From the human T2T-CHM13v2.0 reference genome, Homo sapiens: a stretch of 64,000 nucleotides of DNA. Location of the stretch: assembly GCF_009914755.1 (NCBI RefSeq), contig NC_060932.1. One strand, 5' to 3'. How positions within the stretch are numbered: position 1 is the first letter of the stretch; the number at the start of each line of letters is the position of its first letter. Under the pieces are notes generated by a model. It was given only the letters and a program-made list of their open reading frames with translations, was not told the DNA's origin and searched no databases. Position numbers and translations under genes: made by a program. Shown here one piece after another: positions 13,801-27,774 of this stretch.

Positions 13801-16800
13801 TCTCTTTTTTTTTTTTCTTTATTAGCCAGTAGTCTTTCGATCTTGTTTATCCTTTCAAAGAACCAACTTTTGGTTTCATTGATTCTTTATATGGATTTCT
13901 GGGCTTCAATTTCATTCAATTATGCTCTGATTTTAGTTATTTATTTTTGTCTGCTACCTTTTGGGCTAGTTTTTTCTTGTTTTTCTGATTTCTCTAGCTT
14001 TGATGTTAGACTGTTGAGATTTTTGTCTTCTTGATCTAGGTATTTAACACTATAAACATTTCTCTTAATATTGCTTTTACTGTATCCCAAAGATTTTGGT
14101 ATGTTGTATCTTTGCTGTCATTTGATTCAAAGAATTTTTTGTTTTCTGTCTTAATTTGCTATTTACCCAAAAATCATTCAGGAGCAAGTTGTTTAGTTAC
14201 TATGTAATTTTGTGTTTTTGAGATTTCCTCTTGATATTAATTTCTATTTTTATTCCACTGTGATCTGAGAATATGCTTGGTATGATTTTGATTGTTTTGA
14301 ATTTATTAAGATTTACTTTGTGACCAAGGATGTGATTGATCTTCGAGTATGTTTCATGTTCAGATGAGAAGAATGTTTATTCTGCAGTTGTTGTGTGGAG
14401 TATTCTGTAGATGTCAGTTAGGTCCATTGCATTGAATTTAAGTTCAGAATTTCTTTGTTAATTTTCTGCCTCAGTTATCTGTCTAATGCTGTGAGTGGGG
14501 TCTCGACATTCCCCACTATTATTGTGTGCCTGTCCAAGTCTTTTTGTAAGTCTAGAATTTTTTTATGAATGTTTTATGAATCTGGGTGCTCTAATTTTGG
14601 ATTCATATATATTTAAGATACTTAAGTCTTCTGGATGAATCGAACTCTTTATCATTATGTAATTACCTTCTTTGTCCTTTTTTAACTGTTGTCGTTTTAA
14701 AGTCACTTTTATCTCGTGTAAGTACAACCTCTGCTCTGTTTGGTTTTTCATTTGAGTGTTAGATCGTTTTCCATTACTTTGAGCCTGTGAGTATTGTTAC
14801 ATGTGAAATGGATCTATTGGAGACGGAACATATTTTAATGCAGTTTTCCCCTGTGTGTCTATTAAGTGGAGCATTTAGACTGTTTACATTCAACGTTAAT
14901 ATTGATATGTGAAGTTTTCTTCCTATCGTGGTGGTGTTAGCTGGGTTAACTTTTATTCTTGATTGTGTACTTGCTTTATAGAGTCTCTGGGCCATGTGCT
15001 TATGTGTGTTTCTGTGGTGGCAGCTGTTGTTCTTTTGTTTCCATGTCTAGAACTTTCTTTTTTTTTTTTTGTAGCTGTTGTAAGGCCAGTCTTGTGGTAA
15101 TGAATTCTCTTAGTGATTGATTCTCTGGGAAAGGCGTTATTTTTTCACTTACCAGCTTAGTTTGGCATGAGATGCAATTCTTGGTTGGAATTTTGTTTCT
15201 TGAAGAATTCTAAAAGCAGGCCCCATTCTCTTCTGGCTTGTATGTTTTCTGATAGGAAGTACTATGTTAGCCTGATGAGGTTCCCTTCAGAGGTGATATG
15301 ACCCTTTTCTCTAGCTGCCTTTAAGATTTTTTCTTTTGCGTTGACCTTGGAAAGGCTGATGACTATTTGCCTTGGGGATGGTCAACTTGGGTAGTTTCTT
15401 GCAGGGAATCTCTGCATTTCTTGTATTTGCACTTTCATTTCTCTAGCGAGATTGGGAAAATATTTGTGGGTTATATCCTCAAATATGTTTTCCATGTTTT
15501 CTGCTTTCTCTTAAGAACGCACAATGAATCATAGATTTGGTTGTTTTACACAATCTCTTATTTCTCAGAGGCTTTGTTCATTTCTTAAAATTATTTTTTC
15601 TTTATTTTTATCTGACTGGGTTGATTTGAAGGAGTGATGTTCAGGCTCTGAAATTGTTTCTTCTGCTTGATCTAGTCTATTGTTAAGACTTCCAACTGTA
15701 ATTTGAAATTCCTATGGTGGATTTCTCAATTCCAGAAGTTTAGTTTGTTTCTTTCTTACTATATCTTTGTTGTATTTCAAATTTTGGATTGCTTTTCTGA
15801 CTTCCTTGGATTGGAGTTCAGCTTCCTCTTGTATCTCATTGAGCTTCTTTGCCGTCCAGGTTCTGAATTTATATCTTTAATTTCAGACATTTCATCCTGG
15901 TTAGGATCGATTGTTAGGGAGCTAGTGCAATCCTTTGGATATTACAAAACACTGACTTTTTCAATTCTTGTACTTCCTGCACTGATTCCTTCTCAGAAGG
16001 AACTGGTGCTTCTTTTTCTTTTTGAATTTGCTGTTGTTTTGTTGGGGCTTTTTATTTTTATGTTCTTTTTTCCTTGAAGGTTTGACTATGGTATATGGTG
16101 TGTATAGTCAGCTGGCTTCGTTTCTGAGTACTTTCATATGGCCAAGACTTTGTATGGTTTCTTTGGTTGTAAATAGGTTCCTGTGGTGGGTTTCACAGGC
16201 TCTGAGTGCTGAAGCAATGTGGTTTTGTTTGGTGGTGTAATTCAGAGTGCAGTCCACCAGCTGACACTTAAGAGATAAGGGCCTGAAAATAGGATCTTAG
16301 TCGTGCTCTCCACTTTAGTATTTCACTGCATTCACCGTAGTGCTCTGGGGAGGGAGGGCGGGGGCCATATATGACTGCCTCTCTGGTTTCTGAGATTTGG
16401 TGGTAACCCATTCAACTACCGGTGCCTTTCCAATGTTTACCTTGCCCCAGGGGTGGGTAGGGGGCAGGCTCTAATGGGCTGTGCTTCTGCCTCCCATAGA
16501 GCAGTCCAAGAGAGTCACAACTCCTTGGGAACCCACTGTTCCTCTGTATTTGCCAGAGTCAGAGTGAGTTGTGGAGTGTGTTCACTGGTGGTCTGGTGAT
16601 GCAGTAGAGGAAGGGCAGAGGATCCTGACCAGGGCAGTGGCACCGTGTGTACAACTGGTATATTTTCAGCCTGGCAGCCCAAGAGGCTTGAGTTCTCCTG
16701 ACCTGGTGGGTCTCCCGCCAGTGTCTGCACCAGGAGCAGGCCCAACCGGCTAAGCTTGTCGTAAGCCTTCTGCACCTAGATCACTGTTCTAGGCATTTGA

Positions 16801-17729
16801 TGCCTTGGGACTCCCTGGGGAAGAAGCTGCAGCTGGCTGTCAGGCTGCGTTCCTCCCGGACTGGTCTTATGAAAGGAGGGATGCCCAGCTCTGATGTCAG
16901 CACATGAGCCCATGCCACAGTCTTCTCTGTGTTCTGAGATTGAGGGCTGCTTCCCCACTCAAGCTAAGGCCACAGATCTGCAGCTTGGTATCCCTGGGTG
17001 GTGTGGTCAAGTCCTGGGGAGTTGGGACCAGATCCAGGGGTTTGTTCTCTAGCCCCTGGATGTAAAGCAGCAGCTGTGCTGCAGGAGAGCAGACTGCTCC
17101 TAGACCTCCAGCAAAACACTCAGATGGGGCAATGGAGGCTGTGCTGTGGGCACACTTCTGCAAGATCGTTCAGGCAGGCAGGCTTAGGAGGGGCCACGGG
17201 GTTACATGGATCAGATGCACCCCAGTCCTGTGGCAATGGTGGCCCTGCTCTCTTGCAGCCTAGCAGACAGCAGTAGCTACAGCCACTCAGTACAGCATGG
17301 CACACCTCGGGGCGTGAACACCTTTGGTCACATTTTGCTGGAGCTGCACTGCGTAGTGAAACATTTGGGGGTGCATGCAAGTTTGAGCTGTGCTTCTGCC
17401 TATTCTCTGAGTGGCTTCCCTGCCGGTTCAGAGGTCTTTGGGGGTCTTGGGAAACCTGTAGCTGGGATCCCAGAGGTATGTGGTGGGAGTGTGCTGCCGA
17501 AATTCCTTCACTCACCGCTTCCTCAGGTCTGGTTCAGTACAGGAGGCCGGTCCTAGTGCCCAGCGACTCTGAGTGGCTTCCTGGCTTCCTCCCTCTTTAA
17601 TCACAGTGTCCATCTCTTCTCTATTGACTTGATGCTTTCTCACAAAATCTTTATTCAGAGTGTGATGGTTTATTTGATATTTTGGTTCCTCTTGGTGGAC
17701 AGTTCCCGGCTGTTTCTAGACATCTTGAA
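10895..17729 (-). mobile_element. Apparently full-length (~6.8 kb) inactive L1, L1PB-like
   Basis: 3'UTR at ~10900-11150. Broken ORF2 pieces (11239-11655, 11798-12049, 12092-12373, 12741-13034) and endonuclease pieces (14563-14995, HISILTLNVNSLNAPL). ORF1 region ~15200-16000. GC-rich 5'UTR to a ttcaagatg-like 5' end at ~17729. Confidence 0.9.
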
Positions 17730-19042
17730 GATTTTAAAAATTCTTAAACAGTTGGATAGATAATTTGTTCCCTTAACAGAAAGTTTATTATTGATGCTCT
17801 GTCAACAGGGCCTGTGTTTTGAATTGTATTTTTCAAAAGTGGTATTCACTGCAGTCCTCTGGGCTATTTATTTCTACTACACATTGACCTTAACATCAAC
17901 AGTGTACACTTGGGGGAAACACTGTTTAGAATGGCGCATAGTTTGTGGCAGTCAACAGAATCAATATATAACAGACCTATATGAGCTCTGAAATTCTGAT
18001 TCTATCTTTAATAGCTTAATTTTCCAACTGCATTGAGCAAATTGGGCCTGACAAGCTTAGTAAAAGACAGGAGTATTTTGTTGGGTATTCATTTAGTTCT
18101 TAGGTTTTTTTTTTTTTGAAAAATTAGTGGTATTTGTAAGGCTAGTGACTCTGCTCACATTTTCATATATTAATTGTGAAATCAAACATGTCTAGGAAAA
18201 CCTGAAGATATTGACAAAGTGTTTCTTCATTGAGCTTAAATGTAAATGAATACAGAGAATATAAAGAAAATTAATAGTGCAGGCAGTGTGATGCGGTGCT
18301 GCTTTGCAAGTTTATTTGTTTGTCACTATTAAGATACTATGTAATGGCACAAGTCAAGTACTAATGGTCCACTTAACAGCATGAAAATCAACACAAAAGC
18401 AGTCATTATTGTGTAGCTAAAGGGAAACTATACAAACATATGGTTACATAGGACATAAAAACAATTTTTGTTGTTAAAAAAGCAATAATCTTTAACAATA
18501 TGCATTTAATGAAATAAAGCTTATGCGTAGGCTGTAACTCCCACCGTGAACAAATGCGTTATTTTCAAGATTTGGATTTTAGCTACTGCTTGAGGATTGC
18601 TATGGGTTTGCCAGATATAGTCCAAAAATTTTCACTGCATTACAATTCAGTTGTGAGTAAAACTAAGCGTTATATTCTGCATGCACATGCAGAACATTTT
18701 ATTGCAAAATGACCTGCTGATTTAGTCTAAAATTTATCATCGAGGCATTTTTTTTTTCTATTTCTTAGGCAGCCATACCATATTGTACTTTATCCAACTT
18801 TCTTCACTTTCATGCCTCAGGGATTTTGCACATGCTAGGTCTTTGAGAGTCATTAAGGATGCTATCATCCCATTTTTTAAAAAACTTAAAAATCATATAG
18901 ACTGATTTAGATTAAATATAATTATTATATTTTCAACAGAAATATTTACAAAGGGCATTCAGTAGCTTTATTACAGTCTTCATACCACCAGCAAAGAGAA
19001 TGTTAACATTATCCTGAAATTTTTAAACAAAAAAACCCAGCT

Positions 19043-19403
<361 letters not shown>

Positions 19404-20870
19404 TTAGTATTTGGAATTGAGATTCTTCCCTCTTATTTATTTATGCCTTTATTTTTCCATCTGATTAACATATTTGTTAGGTACTCTGTTTCCAGTAGTA
19501 GTACAGATACATCATGCAGCTCATCATCTAGTGGGGATACATAATATGATATCGGTTAGCCTCAAGTCTCAGTCTTCAGAGCCTCGCTTCTTATTGAGTT
19601 ACATGATATTTGAGGCTGCAATTGTTTTAGAATTTTGCCTCAGCACCATGGTCATTTTATGGCTGTGACACTGCGTCTGATGTCTTTCAAACTCTGCCTT
19701 AATCTTTATATTCCTTTTTATTTTTTCATATTTGTGTCTGTCTAGTTAGCTTTGGTAGAACTCCATCTTCAGCATCTGTTGTTGCCGCTCATTCCTTCTT
19801 TCCACCTGGTTTTAATTTTTAGTGTCACCATTTAAACTACATGCATTCTTGATCCTAACGTCTGACTGAATCTTGATTGCCAGCCCAGACTGCTCTTATA
19901 CTTCCCTTCAACTGTTGCTGCCTATCTATGATCCTGCCAATTAATTACAACGAAGAACCTTGTGATTTGTACCCTTACTTCATGACAAAGCACTTCACAC
20001 GTGGCAGATACTAAATAAATGATACTGCATAGATAAATAAATCTTTCTTTGCAAATAGGAACTCAGATTGTATCTTTAGCCTTTCAAAATGTTAAGTATA
20101 TCAGAAAAAAATTGTTTTCCCTGCTAACATTTGTTTGTAATTAAAACCACATGCACAGAGGGATTATGGAACTGCATAATGAGAATGTGTTTTAATATGT
20201 CAAACTTCATCTAATACAGTTAATTATTCTCTGAGTATCAAGAAGAAATATTACATCAGAGGAGAAAGGATAAGAACAAAAAGAGAAGAATCAGTCCTCC
20301 CACAGAGAAAGGGATAAACTACCTGTTAACTTTTTCATATTCTTTAATTTTTTTCCTATTAGGAAAATTGTGTAGTACATTGGAAAGAGTCCTGTGGTCT
20401 TAAAAAAACCAAAGATATTATTTTCATCGTATCAATAAAGTTGAGTACAATTATATTAAAGATACTCATATACATTCAGGATTGAAAAAAGCGTTTCTCA
20501 TTTATAACTCTACAATTTCAGAATAAGATGTACATTTCAGTAACTCAGAAAAATTGTTTTCAATGCATGTTTATCAAGCATCATTAGGTTTTGACTCCAC
20601 ATAATGCTAGTCTCTGACTTTAGTAAGTTTTTCGTAACCTTACATAAAATAAACATTCAAAAACTAACACTTCAGTATTCTTTTTTTTTTTTTTTTTTTA
20701 ACTTTTAGGTTCAAGGGTACTTGTGCAGATCTGTTATATAGTTAAATTGTGTGTCACAGGGGTTTGATGTACAGATTATTTCATTGCCCAGGTAATCAGC
20801 ATAGTACCCGATGGGTAGTTTTATGATCCTCACCCTCAAGTACGCCCTAGTATCTGTTGTTTCTGTCTTT

Positions 20871-21890
20871 GGTCTTTTGTTTTTGTTTGAAATAGAAATT
20901 TATTCTCAGAATAACGCACAAAAGCACACGTTGAGGCTGCTGTTAGGAGATTTCCCTCCCTTCCATTTCCTCCTTCTCCTCTCCTCTCTGTATGCCAGGG
21001 AGGACACAGTTGAAGGAAACGTGCAATCACAAACAATGATCAGCTCTAAACACAAAAAAGTTTGGTCCAAAAGAACTCAGCGTAATTAATCCAGTTACTT
21101 TGTAGAATTTCACTAGGTAGGATTAAGATACTGCAGATGTAGTGTTTCCAGGAGCGGTTTGTCAGTGCACCAGGGGTCGCCTGCTTGAGGGAGTTGAGGA
21201 CTGAGTGCATACAGGAGACCTCTTTGCCCTGCTTGCTGACTTGGGGTTACAGTCAAACAACCGGGCCACCTGTTACCACCCAGTGCAGGGGGATGACTCG
21301 TCAATGTCATTTACAAAATCTTCTGCCCTGTAGTTTGCCTTTCTTTTCTGTAGCTGCTCGTCTTGTCTTGCACGCCATTCTTCTAGCTCATTTATCGCTT
21401 TTTCTTTCCACTCTGCTTCTTGCTTCTGAGAATAAGCAGCAAGGGCTGCTAAGCATTCCATTTTCTCTTCTTTGCATCTGCATATATTTTCAGGCTGGAT
21501 GGGAATCGATCCACTTGTGAAATAGCTGCATAATTGTCTCTTGGACCATTACTTTCCTGGTAGTAGTCACCATCATCACTCCGTCAACAGCATCTGGACT
21601 CCCAGCTGTTCACCTTGTGGCTGGGGCCTGGGGGTGACACCATCCAGGATGTCGAAGGCGACCTTGTTGTTCTTGATACCCATAGTCTTGCTCTCTTGCA
21701 GTGCCAAGAAGGCCGCAGCTGGGTCTTCTTCACTGGCGCCAGCCACTCCGTTCCCCAGGACAGGATCCCCAGGGGTGCCAGCAGGGACACCGAAGGGATC
21801 TTGCTCAGCCATGTCGTGCAATTTAACGACACAGACACCAACCCACCAACACCATGCCTGGCAATCGTGGCTGTGGTAGTGTCTGGGAGA
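20871..21890 (-). pseudogene. Processed pseudogene of clathrin light chain A (CLTA), non-neuronal isoform
   Basis: Minus-strand peptides MAEQDPFGVPAGTPGDPVLGNGVAGASEEDPAAAFLA and QKQEAEWKEKAINELEEWRARQDEQLQK..FVNDIDESSP match CLTA. ATG at 21812, terminal stop at ~21162. Intronless, with a frameshift near 21600 and a premature stop at 21273. AATAAA at 20904-20899, decayed poly(A) at 20871-20889, TSD 20855-20870 / 21891-21906 (14/16 identical). Confidence 0.95.
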
Positions 21891-22072
21891 TGTTGTTCCT
21901 TTCTTTGTGTCTATATGTACTCAGTGTTTACCACCCACTTGTAAGTGAGAACATGGCTCTATTTGGTTTTCTCTTCCTGTGTTAGTTTGCTTAGGATAAT
22001 GGCATCCAACTCCATTCATGTTTCTGCAAAGCACATGATCTCATTCTTTTTTATGGCTGCTTAATAGTCCAT

Positions 22073-22073
<1 letters not shown>

Positions 22074-22122
<49 letters not shown>

Positions 22123-22141
22123 AATATATATATATATATAT
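22074..22141 (+). repeat. (TG)22 followed by (TA)n microsatellite
   Basis: Read directly from the sequence. Confidence 0.97.
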
Positions 22142-24031
22142 GCATGCCACATTTTCTATATCTGTTCTACCATTGATGGACATTTAGGTTAATTCCATTT
22201 TTTTGCTCCTGTGAATAGTGCTATGATGCACATACACGTCTGTGTGTCTTTATGGTAGAACAATTTATATTTTTTGGGGTGTATACACAATAATGGGATG
22301 GCTGGGTCAAATGGTAATTAATTCTGTTTTAAGCTCTTTGAGAAATCGCCAGACTGCCTTCCACATTGGCAGAACTAATTTACACTCCTACTGGCAGTGT
22401 ATAAACTTTCTTCTCTTCCACAATCTCGCCAAAATCTATTATTTTATGTCTTTTTAATAGGCATTCTGATTGGTGTGAGGTAGCATCTTGTGGTTTTGAT
22501 TTGCATTTCTGTAATGATTAACGCTGTTGAGCATTTCTTCTTATGCTGTGGGCCACATGTATGTCTGCTTTTGAAAAGTGTCGGTTCATGTCCTTTGCCC
22601 ACTTTTAAAGGGAGTTTTTTTTTTTGCTTATTTAAGTTTCTTACAAATTCTGAATATTAGACCTTTGTCAAATGTATAATTTGCAGCCACTTTCTCCTGT
22701 TCTGTAGGTTGTCTGTTTATGCTGTTGATAACTTCTTCTGGTGTGCAGAAACTCTTTAGTTTAATTATGTCCCATTTGCCAATTTTTCTTTTTCTTGGAG
22801 TTGCTTTGAGTGTCTTCATCATGAAATCTTTGCCAGATCCCATCTCCAGAATGGTATTTCCTGTGTTATCTTCTAGGAGTTTTATCGTTTTGTTTTTACA
22901 TTTAAGTATTTCATCCATCTTGAGTTGATTTTTATGTATAGTGTAAGGAAGGGATCCAGTTTCAGTCATCTGCATATGGCTAGCAAGTTATCCCAGCACC
23001 CCTTACTGAATAGGGAATCCTTTCCCCATTGTTTGTTTTTGTCAGGTTTGTCAAAGATCAGAGAGTTGTAGGTGTGCAGCATTACTTCTGTGCTCCTTAT
23101 TCTGTTCCATTGGTCTGTGTGTCTGTATTTGTACCGGTACAATGGTGTTGTGGTTACTGTAGCATTGCAGTATAGTTTGAAGTCTGGTAATGCCAAATGC
23201 CTCCAGCTTTGCCCATTTTGCTTAGGATTGCCTTGGCTATTCAGGCTATTTTTTGGTTCCATATGAATTTTAAAATAGTTTTTTTCCTAATTCTGTGAAG
23301 AATGTCCTTGGTAGTTTGATAGAAATATCACTGAATTTGTGGATTGCTTTGGGCAGTGTGGCCATTTTAGCTATAGTGATTCTTCCTAATCATGAACATG
23401 AAATGTTTTTCCATTTGTTTGTATCATCTCTGATTTCTTTGAACAACATTTTATAATTATGAAATATTTCAGAGGTCTTTTACCTCCCTGATAACCTGTA
23501 TTCTTAAGTATTTTATTCTTTTTGTGGCAGTTGTGAATGGGATTTCATTCTTAATTTGGCTTTCACCTTGGATGTTGTTGGTGTATAGGAATGCTATTGA
23601 TTTTTCTGCATTGATTTACTAGCCTAAAACTTTGCTGAAGTTGTTTAGCAGATCAAGAAGCTTTTGGACAGAGACTATGGGGTTTTCTAGGTGGAGAGTT
23701 AAATTGTCTGCAAACATAGATAGTTTGACTTCCTCTCTTTTTATTTTGATGCCTTTTATTTCATTCTCTTGCTGGATTTCTCTGGCTAGGACTTAACAGT
23801 ACCATGTTGCATTGGAGTGGTAAGAGAAGGCATCTTTATCTTGTTCCAGCTTTCAAGGGGAATGTTTCCAGCTTTGCCCATTCACTATGATGTTGGCAGT
23901 GGGTTTTTCATAGAGGGCTGTTATTTTTTTGAAATATGTTCCTTCAGTGTCTAGTTTGTTGAGGGTTTTTAACATGAAGGAATATTGAATTTTTTTTTGA
24001 AAGCCTTTCCTGTATGAAGATGATCAGGTGG

Positions 24032-24403
<372 letters not shown>

Positions 24404-26418
24404 TGAACCAACATTGCATACCAGGGATAAAGACTACTTGATCATGGTGGATTAACTTTTTGATGTACTGCTGGATTTAGTTTGCTAGTATTTTGTTGAG
24501 GATTTTTGGATCCATGTTCATAAAAAAATATTGGCCTACTGTTTTCTTGTTTTGTTGTTTCTCTGTTAGTTTTTGGTATCAGGATGATGCTAGCCTCATA
24601 GAATGAGTTTGGGAGGAGACCCCCCCCCCCTTTGTTTGTTTTTTTTTTTTTTTTTTGCAATAGTTTCAGTGGGAATGGTACCAGCTCTTCTTTATACATC
24701 TGGTAGAATTTGGCTTTGAATCCAGCTGGTCCTGGGCTTTTTCTTGTTGTTAGGCTTTTTATTACTTATTCAATTTCAAAACTTATTATTGGTCAGTTCA
24801 GGGGTTCACTTTCTTCCTGGTTCAGTCATGGGAGGTTGTATGTTTCCAGGAATTTATCTGTTTCTTCTAGGTTTTCTAGCTTGTGTGCATAGAGGTATTT
24901 GTAGTAGTTTCTGAGGGCTTTTTTTTTTTTCTATTTCCATGGAGTCAGTCGTAGCACCCCCTTTGTCATTTCTGATTGAGTTTATTTGGATATTGTCTCT
25001 TATTTTAGTAGTCTAGCTAGTGGTCAATTTACTAGTTTTCCACTATTGGACTGTGTGGTTATGTCAGTCTCTTCATAGGTCTCTAAGAACATGTGTTCCT
25101 CTATTGGGTGCATATATATTTAAGATAGTTAGATCCTCTCGTTGAATTGAGCCCTTTACCACTATGTAAAGGGCTTGTCTTTCTTGATCTTTGTTGCTTT
25201 AAAGAATGTTTTGTCTGAAATTGGAATACCAAACTCTGCTTTCTTCTGTTTTCCATTTGCTTGGTAGATTTTCCTCCATCTCTTCACATTGAGCCTATGG
25301 ATGTCACTGCGTGTGAGATGGATCTGTTGAAGACAGCTTACCATTGGTTCTTGATTCTTTATGCAACTTGCTTCTTTGTGCCTTTTAATTGGGGCATTTA
25401 GCCTGTTTACATTCAAGGTTGATACTGATATGTATGGATTTGATCCTGTCATCCTACTGTTAGCTGGTTATTACGTAGACTTGTTTGTGTGGTTGCTTTA
25501 CAGTGTCACTGGTGTATGTATTTAAGTATATTTTTATAGTGGCCAGTAACAGTCTTTTCTTTCCACATTTAGTACTCCCTTCAGAACCTCTATTGAGGTG
25601 GTTCTGGTGGTCATGAATTCCCTTTCAGAAAAGGATGTCTTACTTATTTGCTTATGAAGCTGAAGTTGGCTGGATATAAAACTCTTGGTTGGAAGTTCTT
25701 TTTTTTTTTTTTTTTTTTTTTTTAAAGAATGCTGAATATAGGTTGAATCTCTCCTGGCTTGTAGGGTTTCTGCTGTTTTAAGCCTTATTGGGGGTTTCCT
25801 TTATAGGTGATCTGGCCCTTTTCTCTAGCTGCCTTAGCTTTTTTTTCCTTTCATTTTGACCTTAGAGAATCTCATGTGTCTTGGGATGGTCATCTTGTAT
25901 AGCATTTCACAGGGGTTCTCTGCATTTCCTGACTCTGAATGTTGGCCTCTCTGGCAAGCTTGGGGAAATTTTCACGGATGATATTCTGAAATACACTTTC
26001 GAGGTTGCTTGCTTTCTCTCCCTTACAGGGACACCAGTGAGTCGTAGATTTGGTTCCCTTTACATAGTCCCATATTTTACATAGGTTCTGTTCATTCTTT
26101 ATTGTTTTTTCTTCATTTCTGAATGAGTTATTTCAAAAAGCCAGTCTTTGACCTCTGAGATTCCGTCCTCAGCTTGCTCATTTGTGCTGTTGATACTTGC
26201 GATTGTATTCTGAAATTCTCTGAGTTTTTCAGCTCTATCAGCTCAGTTTAGTTCTTTGTTGAAATAGCCATTTTGTCTTTCATCTCCTGTATAGTTTTAT
26301 TGTATTCCTTAGAATCCTTGCACTGGGTTTCAACTTTCTCTTGAATCCTAGTGATCTTCGTTTTTATCCATATTCCATATTGTATTTCTGTTATTGTAGC
26401 CTGGTTAAGAACCATGTT

Positions 26419-26718
26419 GGCCGGGCCCAGTGGCTCATGCCTGTAATTCTAGCACTTTGGGAGGATGAGGCGGGCAGATCGCCTGAGGTCAGGAGTTTCA
26501 TACCAGCCTAGCCAACATGGTGAAACCCTGTCTCTACTGAAAATACAAAATTAGCCAAGCATGGTGGCGTGCGCCGTTAATCCCAGCCACTCAGGAGTCT
26601 GAGACAGGAAAATCACTTGAACCTGGGAGGCTGCAATAAGCCGAGATCACGCCATTGCACTCCAGCGTGAGCAACAAGACGGAAACTCCATCCAAAAAAA
26701 AAAAAAAAAAAAAAAAAG
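26419..26718 (+). mobile_element. AluS (Sp/Sq-like) nested in the L1 ORF1 region
   Basis: ggccgggcccagtggctcatgcc..gcaacaagacggaaactccatc plus a long poly(A). Confidence 0.92.
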
Positions 26719-27417
26719 ATTGTTGGGGAACTAGTGTGGCCATTTGGAGGTAAGAAGACACTCTGGCTTTTTGAATTGCCAGAGTTCTTGCACTGGATGT
26801 TTTTATCTTCGTGGGCTGATGTCCCTTCAGTCTTAGAAGTTGTCATCCTTTGGATGAGTTTTTTGTTCTTTTATCCGCTTTGATATCCTTGGGGCCTTGA
26901 TTATGGTATAAGGTGGGCATGGTTGACTGGCTTTGATTCTGGAAGATTTTGGGGGGCCATGGCTTAGCTCAGGACTCCCGAGCTGCATGCCCTAACTCTG
27001 GGGGGCTGGTTTCAGGCCCTAGCTTTGTTCTCTGGTCCCTCCTGATTACTGGAGGGGGTGAGTTGTTCCCAGATTGCTGGTCACAACACTCCCATGAGTG
27101 GTGTCAGCCAAAATGCTTCATAGGAAGGTGGCAGTGAGATTCGTGCTGGTTCACTTACGCCAGCAGCAGCAGCAGTCTGGCAGGGTGCATGCTCGTTGCC
27201 CAAGCTGAGGTATTGGGTGTGCTGGTGTGGTGGCATCCAAGCATGTGTTTGCACCATTGCCGGTGTCATAGCAGGGGCAGAGATCTTTTGGGCATGTGCC
27301 CTCCATTCACACTGACAGCAGTGGCAGCGCAGCGTTTGCGGAGAGGCCACTAGTGTCAGTGCAGTGGTGGTGTCAGTGGAAAGATCGGGTACAGGAAGGC
27401 ATGCAGTTAGCACCATC

Positions 27418-27774
27418 TGATATGGTTTGGTTGTGTCCCCACCTAAATCTCATCTTGAATTTTAACTCCCACGGTTCCCACATGTCATGGGAGGGACCCA
27501 GTGGGAGGTAATTGAATCATGGGGGTAGGTCTTTATCATGCTTATTCTCATGATAGTGAATAAGTCTTATGAGATCTGATGGTTTTATAAACAGGAGTTC
27601 CCCTGCATTAACTCTCTCTTGCCACCATCCATGTAAAACATGACTTGTTCCTCCTTGTCTTCTGCCATGATTGTGAGGCCTTGCCAGTCACATGGAACTG
27701 TAAGTCCATTAAACCTCTTTTTCTTCCCAGGCTTGGGTGTGTCTTTATCAGCAGTGTGAAAACGGACTAATACA
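27418..27774 (+). mobile_element. THE1 (THE1B-like) MaLR 5' LTR
   Basis: TGATATGGTTTGG..CTAATACA termini, 357 bp. TATAAA at 27586, donor ACT|GTAAGT at 27700, ATTAAA at 27708. Confidence 0.92.

Noticed and set aside
11239-14995. Cluster of minus-strand ORFs with RT/endonuclease-like peptides
   Set aside because: These are fragments of a frameshifted, dead L1 ORF2, not a novel retroelement system.
16250-17600. GC-rich stretch with many overlapping ORFs, resembling a promoter or exon
   Set aside because: It is explained as the L1 5'UTR and is CpG-depleted.
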